Source: Desulfomonilia bacterium (GTDB taxonomy: Bacteria; Desulfobacterota; Desulfomonilia; UBA1062). Taken from it: a stretch of 64,000 bases of DNA. The stretch's first letter is position 1; each line of letters begins with the position of its first letter. Under the pieces are notes generated by a model. The model was not told where the DNA came from. It saw nothing but the letters and a program-made list of their open reading frames with translations, and did not search any database. Where the stretch lies: positions 736,001 to 800,000 of the forward strand of contig CAXXDQ010000004.1 of assembly GCA_963664325.2 (NCBI GenBank), in the 5' to 3' direction. A program made the translations under genes and the position numbers. Of this stretch, positions 1 through 8,340 are shown piece after piece.

Positions 1-305
1 TCAATATTGACTCCGACTGAAATCCCTCCTGCCTCAAGAGCACCTCTGTTGGCAGCCTCCATTATGCCCGGGCCGCCTCCGGTTATGATTGCAAATCCCT
101 GACCCACCAGTTCCGAAGCCAGTTGTTTTGCAAGCATGTAATACGTGTCTTCAGGTTTTGACCTTGCTGAGCCGAAGAAAGTGACCGCAGACGGAAGCTT
201 TGATAGTGTCTCTATTCCGTCAACAAACTCAGACATTATCCTGAACACCCTCCAGGACTCGTCCGGATTCATGGAGTCTATTACATATCTGTCATTGTCT
301 TTCAT
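1..305 (-). CDS. LOG family (TIGR00730-like) Rossmann-fold protein, partial (runs off window start)
   Basis: Manual minus-strand translation from ATG at 305: MKDNDRYVIDSMNPDESWRVFRIMSEFVDG...VTFFGSAR...IITGGGPGIMEAANRGA...SVGVNI, which are typical LOG motifs. Not in the ORF track. Confidence 0.88.
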   Translation of the reverse strand, partial: MKDNDRYVIDSMNPDESWRVFRIMSEFVDGIETLSKLPSAVTFFGSARSKPEDTYYMLAKQLASELVGQGFAIITGGGPGIMEAANRGALEAGGISVGVNI

Positions 306-307
306 TT

Positions 308-640
308 TTATTTCTTTCCTTTCTTTTTAACCTGTTTATTGTCACATGAGGTTTCATCGCATTTTTCATTAGTGGACTCTATTTCAGAAAGCTTGCCCCC
401 ATCAAAACTGAGAATGTTCAGATAGCCGTTTATGCAATAGTACATCCTTCTGCAGTCTGATTTCTTTTTCGAGCATTTCTCGTCAAGACAAGGCTTGCCG
501 CATGTATTTTTTACGGTAAGGTGCGTATTCCCTATAGATACAAGGTCGTCACCGCATCTCATATAGGATGAGCCGGCGTATGATGATCCTGCGGACAGCA
601 TAAACAATGTAATGGAAAGCACAAATATATATTTTTTCAT
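308..640 (-). CDS. Small secreted Cys-rich protein, DUF2845-like
   Basis: Signal peptide followed by MRCGDDLVSIGNT...TCGKP, the pattern of DUF2845. Stop is 2 nt from the LOG start. Confidence 0.65.
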   Translation of the reverse strand: MKKYIFVLSITLFMLSAGSSYAGSSYMRCGDDLVSIGNTHLTVKNTCGKPCLDEKCSKKKSDCRRMYYCINGYLNILSFDGGKLSEIESTNEKCDETSCDNKQVKKKGKK

Positions 641-927
641 GTCATATCCTCCAAACGTTTGTTAGTGGTTAGAGATATTAATAATTTCGACTTTTTGAAA
701 TATTTTCTTGAGATTCAAAAAGGCTGGAAACAATGATGTGCCTGAATGATATCCGTACCGTTGAAAAAATGTTTATAATCTTTGATTTTTAATGAACAAG
801 CTTAGAATTTCCGGACATGATTATGATTCCTGGTACTGACTTACTTGATGAAGGCATAATCACTATCTGTTTCATGATGAAAGAAAGCCAGGTTTTTTAT
901 TGATTATTTCAGCATGTATTTTCCTGA

Positions 928-956
928 TTGTTAATATTATGGGCGCTGTATATAAT
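928..956 (+). promoter_or_regulatory. Putative sigma70 promoter of the PilZ gene
   Basis: TTGTTA (928-933), 17-bp spacer, TATAAT (951-956); AGGAGG RBS before ATG 1022. Confidence 0.5.
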
Positions 957-1021
957 TGGTTGAAATCAAAAAACATTGAAAATCTCGTTCTTTAATATCA
1001 CAAGAAAGGAGGAAACAAGTC

Positions 1022-1426
1022 ATGGAAAAAGGACCGGAAAAACTTATTTCTTCATTTCGCAGGAAAAGCACCGAGATTTTAAATTCAGCAGGGTTATTGG
1101 GGTTGGTTCTGTATCTTAGGTTGGAGGAAAACCCGTGGTTTCCCGATATTAAAAATACAAATCTGGTTGACTATCAGGACCGCCGTCAAAACAGACGCGT
1201 TCATTTTGAACGTGAAATTTCATACCGTATCGGATCAGGCAATGAACTTAAGGGCCGTATGATCAACCTTAGCAAAGGCGGCTTGTACATGGAAACGGAA
1301 TCATCTTTAAAAGAGGGTGAGGTTGTTCAGATCAGCTTTTTTAAAAACAGGCTCAGCTATATCTCCTGCTTGCCGGCGCGAATAGTCAGGAGGGGGTTGA
1401 CCGGCATGGCGGTTGAATTCATTTGA
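1022..1426 (+). CDS. PilZ domain protein (c-di-GMP receptor)
   Basis: RRQNRR (RxxxR) and NLSKGG (D/NxSxxG) motifs, ending GMAVEF. Confidence 0.85.
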   Translation: MEKGPEKLISSFRRKSTEILNSAGLLGLVLYLRLEENPWFPDIKNTNLVDYQDRRQNRRVHFEREISYRIGSGNELKGRMINLSKGGLYMETESSLKEGEVVQISFFKNRLSYISCLPARIVRRGLTGMAVEFI

Positions 1427-1484
1427 ACTGCCGATCGAAGAAAGTATTGATTGTAGAGATGCTTATCATTTTTTAAGAAAATCT

Positions 1485-3152
1485 TTAATCCTCGTGCAGA
1501 TATTTTTTAATCTTTCTCTTGATTGAATCGGGAAGCTTGATCCCGATGGCATTGAGGCGGGTCTCGTACTTGTGCAGTGATCTTATATGCTGTGACGTGG
1601 TCGAAAAAATTTGAAAATATGACTGCAGGCTGCCCTCGACCTCTTTCCTGAAAACCATATCCTCGTTAAGCATGTCCTCTACCGGAGCGATAACACGATA
1701 ATTGATGGCCCTGCATATTGAACGGTAGGCTACGAAACGCTGGAGTATCTCGGATTCGAAATTCCTGTCCCTTATATCCTGCTCGACTTCATTGAGGTTC
1801 AGGCAGTCCAGGATCTGAAATTCATATTCAGAGCCAAGGATGTTCCTGATCAGGGTTTCAGCCTCCTTGAAATGGCTGCACTTCCCGAATGCGTCACAGC
1901 AGCTTGTAGTACAGCGCAGATACAGAACAAAATCGATATCCGAACCGGGCAGGGATATTCCCATGTTTACCGATCCCATAACATCAAAGGCGATGTCCCC
2001 TTTTACCTGCTCTTCAAGTGAATGTACGGCCTCTTCGAGCTTGTCCAGTCTGTCTTCTGTCTCCCGGGTCTGGAAGGTGCGGTAAAACTGCCGGATCTCC
2101 TTATAAAGCTCTATTTCATGAATGTGGGAATATTTAACCACATCGGTATCGTAGTTCCGCCTCATCTTCAATGCCTGATAGCGTTCGGGGTCTATGATAT
2201 CCTCAACCAGATTGGAATCCCTCAGATAATAATCGGCTATGTCGAATATTCTGCTGGCGCTGATTTTCTTGAATATTATGGATGTGACAATTTCCTTTTT
2301 AATATCGATCTGATAAAAAAAACCTCCTTCGGATACATCTCCGGCAGTATTGGTTACCTCTCCGAAATTGGACGGATTGAGATACAGAGTGTTCTCAACC
2401 TGCTTTACGCCCCAGGCGTCATGGATATGACCTGTCAGGCATAAGAGTACGTGATTATTGTCACAATAAGTTCGAAGAGAGGAAGAACCGAACGGTCCTC
2501 CCGACGCCATCCTGTCGTGAATCCCATAGGCCGGCTGATGCGCCACTATGATATTCGGTTTAACAGCACGGAAGAAATGATACATTTCATTCTGTTTTTC
2601 GTTTTTCCCGATCCCTGCCTTATAGCTTACGGTGTACCGCTCGGGAATACCGGGCGTCCTGACATCCGCACCGCCATAACCGCAGATTTTGAGGTTGTCA
2701 ATCTGGCGCCAGTGCAGGTGCAGGTCATTATCATGAAGGCTGGTATACTTGAGGTCCATATCGTAATTTCCAGGCAGGCAGAGTATTGTTGAGGTCAGCT
2801 TTGTAGAAAGAATGTTTTGCAGCACCTTGTATTTTTGCTGCATAACCCTGCGGGCCCTGATGGTGTACTGCTGATATTGAGTCCCTTTTTCCTGTATCTC
2901 CTCAGTTGCATTGGGGTTGTCAAGGAACTGATCCACGAAATCTTCTATCAGAATATTCTCAGCCCCGGCGCGCCTCCTCAGTCCATGAAAATAGGACTGT
3001 ATATCCTGATAAAGAATAGAAGTATCCATATTATAAAACGGAATATCAATAAGGTCGCCGCCAATAATATATATATCCGCCACAGTGTCAGACATAAGGC
3101 TCTTCAGCTTCTCAAAATCGCCGTGTATGTCTGTAACATAGATGAGTCTCAT
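1485..3152 (-). CDS. Calcineurin-like metallophosphoesterase fused to a C-terminal Pol-beta-type nucleotidyltransferase domain
   Basis: MPE motifs DIHGD, GGD, PGNYD, AHQP, GHIHD; C-terminal GSVNMG...SDIDFVL (GS...DxD). Alternative start 3176. Confidence 0.75.
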   Translation of the reverse strand: MRLIYVTDIHGDFEKLKSLMSDTVADIYIIGGDLIDIPFYNMDTSILYQDIQSYFHGLRRRAGAENILIEDFVDQFLDNPNATEEIQEKGTQYQQYTIRARRVMQQKYKVLQNILSTKLTSTILCLPGNYDMDLKYTSLHDNDLHLHWRQIDNLKICGYGGADVRTPGIPERYTVSYKAGIGKNEKQNEMYHFFRAVKPNIIVAHQPAYGIHDRMASGGPFGSSSLRTYCDNNHVLLCLTGHIHDAWGVKQVENTLYLNPSNFGEVTNTAGDVSEGGFFYQIDIKKEIVTSIIFKKISASRIFDIADYYLRDSNLVEDIIDPERYQALKMRRNYDTDVVKYSHIHEIELYKEIRQFYRTFQTRETEDRLDKLEEAVHSLEEQVKGDIAFDVMGSVNMGISLPGSDIDFVLYLRCTTSCCDAFGKCSHFKEAETLIRNILGSEYEFQILDCLNLNEVEQDIRDRNFESEILQRFVAYRSICRAINYRVIAPVEDMLNEDMVFRKEVEGSLQSYFQIFSTTSQHIRSLHKYETRLNAIGIKLPDSIKRKIKKYLHED

Positions 3153-3312
3153 GACCGGTATATCGGAAAACCTCACTATAATAATTAAGAACGTAACGTC
3201 TCCGGCAGATACAGGTAAAAAGCCTGTTCCTCTGAAAGTCTATTTACAGAGCCATACCACCGGATTAGGTTCCATCTGCCTTTCCCATTTCCTGAACATG
3301 GCATTACCGGCA

Positions 3313-4575
3313 TTATTTGCCGGACTTGATCTTGTTGTAGAGTTCCCGGGCATCCCTTAAGACATTGCGGTTTTCAGGAGCAATGCAGAGGACGGCGTCC
3401 GGGTTGCCTGTGAGAATTCTTTCGAGGATGACCCTGGCTTCATCCTTGCGTCCCATGTAGGCAAACAGGTTGGCGCGGTTAAAGGCGATTGCGAAGTGAT
3501 CCGGATAAAGGATTTCACCTATCTCCAGGGCGTTGAGATCAATAGCCGTGGTGATTCCGCCCAGGCGCATACCCTGCTCTGTTACCCAGCCTCCGACCAC
3601 GATCATGCTCGACAGAACCTGGGCCGGGGCCAGGAAATAATAGGTTGAGTTCTCGCAGGAACAGAAATTCAAATGGGTCAGGAGCGGGTTGAGGTTGCGC
3701 GCCATGGTCATTAGACTGGACTTCGCAATCGAATCTGCCAGGTTGAGCTGATACCAGTAATTCGCAGGAATACTGTTGGGTAGCAGATCCAAGGCCTTCC
3801 GGCCGGCCTGTACCCCTTTTTGGTAATAAAGAATACCTTGAGAATCGTATAGACCGGCTGAGTCATAATACTCACCAATATAGCAATAGCCCCGGCTGAG
3901 CCACAGCTGGGCCAGGCCGTTGCCTGGGCTCTCTTTGGCGATAGTCTCCATGACTGCCATTGCTGCCTTGGCATGCTCGATATCGATGCGCTCCATCCAT
4001 AGCTTCTTAAAGGTTCCCCAGCGAGGACTATCTTTCATATCAGGCAGCGCCTCTCCTACGGGCAGGGGGGCTATGGCCTTAATCGCCGCTCCGTACTGCC
4101 GGAAGATGTACTCCCTGTCGCGGCTGTATATGAGCGTATCGATGAGATATTTCATTGCCAGGACATTCTTAGGGTCCCTGTTAAGGACCTGGCTGGCGAA
4201 CTGTTCCGACTTTTCAAAATGATCCTTCCGGCCCCGGTTTTCATAGCGGGCTGATAAATAGTGTACCCGTGCAAGCCACAGAAGGGGCTCTATCTTTTCA
4301 GGATACTTGTCTTTGAGAGGTGTGAGCATCGAGATAAGTTCTTCAAAATTTTTACCTCCGTAATGGCCATCCCATAATGCCTTTACCCTGACCCACTGGG
4401 GGTCATTGCCAGGCAGCGGCGGATCGATGTCCCATACATCTGCCAGCACCGGGGTTGTCGCCGACAGGATAATCAGACCTGCCAGTGCATAAAAATACCG
4501 GATTTTAGCTTGCATGCTTTTCAGGGATGCTAGCCTTGCTTCTTTTCTGTCAGGCATGTGAAGGCCTGCTTTCAT
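3313..4575 (-). CDS. Secreted TPR-like alpha-helical protein
   Basis: Hydrophobic signal segment (ALAGLIILSATTPVLA); repeated WLAR/WLSR...A.....P helical pattern. Start chosen after GGGAGAG; the ORF track extends to 4644. Confidence 0.6.
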   Translation of the reverse strand: MKAGLHMPDRKEARLASLKSMQAKIRYFYALAGLIILSATTPVLADVWDIDPPLPGNDPQWVRVKALWDGHYGGKNFEELISMLTPLKDKYPEKIEPLLWLARVHYLSARYENRGRKDHFEKSEQFASQVLNRDPKNVLAMKYLIDTLIYSRDREYIFRQYGAAIKAIAPLPVGEALPDMKDSPRWGTFKKLWMERIDIEHAKAAMAVMETIAKESPGNGLAQLWLSRGYCYIGEYYDSAGLYDSQGILYYQKGVQAGRKALDLLPNSIPANYWYQLNLADSIAKSSLMTMARNLNPLLTHLNFCSCENSTYYFLAPAQVLSSMIVVGGWVTEQGMRLGGITTAIDLNALEIGEILYPDHFAIAFNRANLFAYMGRKDEARVILERILTGNPDAVLCIAPENRNVLRDARELYNKIKSGK

Positions 4576-4848
4576 AAAATCAGCTCTCCCCTGGTTTATC
4601 CGTCTCTCATTGCAGGATACCATGCAATAAGGGCGATCCCGCAATACGACGATTCCTGGGTGTGAAATGAATTCTTACACACACCGTTAAAAAGTTCTGA
4701 ATAAATATGAAAGTTCTTCACGCTGGATTCAAAGGTTCCGACCGAGTGGAACAAGGCTTTCTCCATGTGTTCAAAGATTGTTCACTTGCCTTGGCTATAA
4801 GCGAGTTCGGCCCAGTTGATTTCATATATATTTTATCATCGCACTCAA

Positions 4849-5313
4849 TCAGACAATACGGCTTACTGGAAACGTCAGAAAGGTCGCGAAAGTTGTTTTG
4901 TATGCAATGAAGGCATGATAACTCATTTGAGAAACATCCAACGCATACAGAATACCCACTAATGCAGGCACGAAAATGACTGTTATTCCAATCCCAATGA
5001 TCATAGACTGGGCCAGGATTCCTTTAGGCATGGATCTCAAATGCAAACCGCGAATGCGGCTCAATTCCCCTCTGAACCTTTCGATCGGACCCTTTTTCAT
5101 TTCGATCCGAGCGAAAGGGGCGACTATGAGCACGGTCAGCCACGGAAGAAGAAAGGCAGTTGCCAGTATGTCAAGTGCAATGCCTGGATTCCCCCACAGC
5201 GGAACAGAAGCGATACCCCTGAACAGAAAGATTGCGATACCCAGATTCAATGAAAGGTTTATGAAAACACCGATTATAAGCTGGACACCAAGGAACTTTC
5301 TGAATTCATTCAA
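4849..5313 (-). CDS. Hypothetical integral membrane protein (~4 TM)
   Basis: TTG start with AAGGAG RBS; four hydrophobic segments. Confidence 0.6.
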   Translation of the reverse strand: MNEFRKFLGVQLIIGVFINLSLNLGIAIFLFRGIASVPLWGNPGIALDILATAFLLPWLTVLIVAPFARIEMKKGPIERFRGELSRIRGLHLRSMPKGILAQSMIIGIGITVIFVPALVGILYALDVSQMSYHAFIAYKTTFATFLTFPVSRIV

Positions 5314-5344
5314 GATGATCTCCTTTTTAAAATGTTATTCATAT

Positions 5345-5640
5345 TATTTCTCTTCCGCCGGATAGCCTGTTATCCTGGCTATTTACCAGTTTAGAGGTAC
5401 TAAGATCTTGTACATCTTAATATATACCTCATTGAACAGAACTTTGTATATTCTCATATTCTCCTTATCAGGTTCAAAGAACTGCCCGGTTTTTTATCAT
5501 GGATGCAACTGTATCTTCAAAATTATCGAACACGCCTGTTCTCACTGAAGCATCTATTGCAACAACAGCACATGTTTCGGATGTTGCCATCCTGTATGTT
5601 GTTAGATATATCAGCAGCAATCTGCACTATCGAAGCACTC
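5345..5640 (-). pseudogene. Remnant of an FGGY-family carbohydrate kinase C-terminus
   Basis: Across frames: VQIAADI..TYRMATSETCAVVAIDASVRTGVFDNFEDTVASMIK / TGQFFEPDKENMRIYKVLFNEVYIKMYKILVPLNW*IARITGYPAEEK*. Has frameshifts and an internal stop. Confidence 0.6.
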
Positions 5641-5700
5641 CTTAATCTGCCTACTCCTGCTCTGATTTCTTTCTTGTGATTCCCGGCGTAGTTTCAGAAT

Positions 5701-5886
5701 TTCATCAGAGGTCTTGGCCGAGGAATATTTGACACGGCTGAAATCTTCCAGCGCTACATTGAAAATGTCTCGGCAATTGTTATTGGATCTCATGGAATGA
5801 GTAATATTGCCAAGATACTGCTTGGATCAGTTTCGGAAAAAGTTGCCCGTAAAGCTGTGCAACCGGTTCTGCTGGTGAAGAGATAG
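5701..5886 (+). pseudogene. Remnant of a universal stress protein (USP) C-terminus
   Basis: ENVSAIVIGSHGMSNIAKILLGSVSEKVARKAVQPVLLVKR*, a classic USP end. In-frame stop upstream and no N-terminal half. Confidence 0.75.
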
Positions 5887-5949
5887 AACTTAAAACATGT
5901 TTGGAAGCATGTGGCAAAGGGATTCCCAAATCTTCATTCAAATGAAAAA

Positions 5950-7640
5950 ATGAAAATAAACATACTGAAATTATGGGACCGGCTTTTACGAGGCTTGCCT
6001 GATAACAGCAAGGAAGTTGTTCTTACTTTATTCCTTGCCCTTCTTTCAGCAGCGTCCTCCGTATGTTTTATGCTGCTAGTAAATCTTTTGTTTTCGAATA
6101 CATTTGTAAGATATTCTCACCATTCAAAGCTTTTTTTTGCCGTGGCCAGCCTCATAACAATACTTGCCACATCCCTTGCAGTGGGAATATTGCTAAATCA
6201 CTTCAGTCCTGATTCTGTAGGAAGTGGCATACCTGAATTGAAGGCTGCTTATTGGAAAGGGATGGGTTATGTAAAAGCAAAGACGGTTTTTATAAAATTT
6301 GTTGCAGGCATTTTAAGCATTTGCGGTGGAACCAGTCTGGGAAGAGAAGGCCCTACCATATATATCAACGGGGGCGTTGCATCAACATTATCCGGTTATC
6401 TGGGATCTCTAGAAAAAATGAGACGAAGGGCAGCTGCATTCAATGCACCCATGGCAGCCATAGCATTTGTCCTGGAAGAAATTATTGGCGATATGAACAG
6501 CCGCCATCTCGGACGGGTCGTCCTTGCATCATGACCGGCGCCTTTATGTTCTATGCAGTAATCGGAAAGAACCCCACATTTGTTTTGCCTAATATCAATT
6601 ATCTTGCATGGCAGAATAATTTGATAGTGCCATTTGTAGCATTTACTGGCTCTCTTGCCGGTATAGCTTATCAGAAGGGCACGCTTGCCCTAAGGGGGAG
6701 AATTAAGCAGGTCAGAGCTATTCCGGCTTGGTTGAGGCCTTGTATAGGTGGGTTAATTACATGGATTATTGGTGTATCTGTTTTTGTTACAACCGGTATG
6801 ATAGGCGTTTCCGGTCTGGGATATGAAGACCTTTCTTCAACCCTTCTTGGCAGAACGGTTAGGTGGGTTGCCGGTATACTGGTTGTCGCAAAACTTCTTG
6901 CTACAATTGTATCGTATGGTTTTGGAGGATGCGGAGGAACATTTTCTCCGCTTCTCTTTATTGGAGGGATGATAGGCTATTTCATAGCTGGTCTTTTGTA
7001 CTTGTGGACTCCACTTAATCATTCGGACATCATATTACTGTGCGCAATAGGCATGAGCGCCTGTCTGGGGGCAGTTGTCAGGGCTCCTCTTACTACAATT
7101 TTTATTGTGTTTGAGATTACACACGAGTTTTCCCTTTTGCCAGGCCTCATGATAAGCTTGATTATAACCACGGCAATTTCAAAGATGGCTGGCAACAATA
7201 ATTTTTATGATTCACTCCTGATTCAGGATGGCAATGATCTTATAAAAATACGTCCCCCTCAGGACATCAGAGGATGGAAAGAACTGCCTGTATCGGCTAT
7301 TGCCAACAGAAAACCCGTTGTGCTGTCTGATCTGTCTATAGATAATCTGAAGAAGGCCGTTGAAAAATATCCATACAATAATTTCCCGGTAGTTAAGCAT
7401 GGAAAACCGATTGGTGTTATTTCAAGAGAAAATATAATGTTAGCAATTGCCCAAAACACAACTCCAATAGTGCAGGAGGTTCAAAAGTGTTTTGCTTTTC
7501 AAAATATAATGGAAATTGATGACCTTTTTATTATGTCGGAAAGATATATGATTCTTATTACTGATCCTCAATCGGGAGACCTTCAGGGTATTCTAACCAT
7601 ACATGACCTGCTAAGAGCTCAGGCATCAATATATGATTAA
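5950..7640 (+). pseudogene. ClC-family chloride channel/antiporter with CBS domains, frameshifted near 6530
   Basis: GSGIPE, GREGP and AAAFNAP in ORF 5911-6534; GGTFSP, VRAPLT, NFYD and a CBS pair in ORF 6252-7640. The usual AGAAAG segment before AAAFNAP also appears to be missing. Confidence 0.75.
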
Positions 7641-8158
7641 ATTATCAGAAAAGAAAATGAATGATATTTCATCTGGGATTCTCTTTTTCGTGATCCAAAA
7701 TAAATTTAACAAACATCCAGACCTTGCCTTGATGATTGCTTGGCGAATGGAGGAAAGTTTTTTGTTCTTTTGAAATTGAAAATATTTTCCATAATTAGAA
7801 AGAAAATTCCCATTAAAAATAAAATCCTTTCCGACGAACATTAAAATATTTAATCAACTTATTAATATTTCTAAATTTATTTTATTAAAGAATTTTATGG
7901 CATTTTGCATAATTTTTGCATATAATTTGTACAGAATAATCTGAATTTTATTTATTTAATGACCTGAGGTCTATAAAACCCAAGCTTGATGCGAATAGTT
8001 TTTTCATCTTAGAAAAGTAACTAATTCAACTTAGAAAAGTCTTTTATACACCGCTACTTATGGCGGACTTTTATGATGCTTCAACGTTCCCAAAAACTGT
8101 TTTTTTTGATACAATTTAAAGTGCTGCTACTAGGGTTCTTTAAGCGCCACTGGATTAA

Positions 8159-8340
8159 AGGACTGCGGCCTTTGTGGCTGCAGTCCTAGAAAATTTTGGA
8201 GGTTATTATGAACATGGGGTTAATGAACAGGGATGGACCATGATGCAATCTCATTTAATCAGAGAGTTTTCAAGTTTCCCGGAAAAAATATGGACTGCAA
8301 CCATTAGCGTTGCATGTCAACTAAAATGCAGGAGGTAACA
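8159..8340 (+). repeat. Leader of cassette 1: hairpin + RBS/ATG ~133-bp unit + TGCAAC-N7-GTTGCA hairpin
   Basis: AGGACTGCGGCC/GGCTGCAGTCCT stem at 8159-8187; GGAGGT..ATG at 8208; collinear with 28239-28371. Confidence 0.7.

Noticed and set aside
145-330. 61-aa plus-strand ORF
   Set aside because: It is antisense to the LOG-family gene, which has clear motifs.
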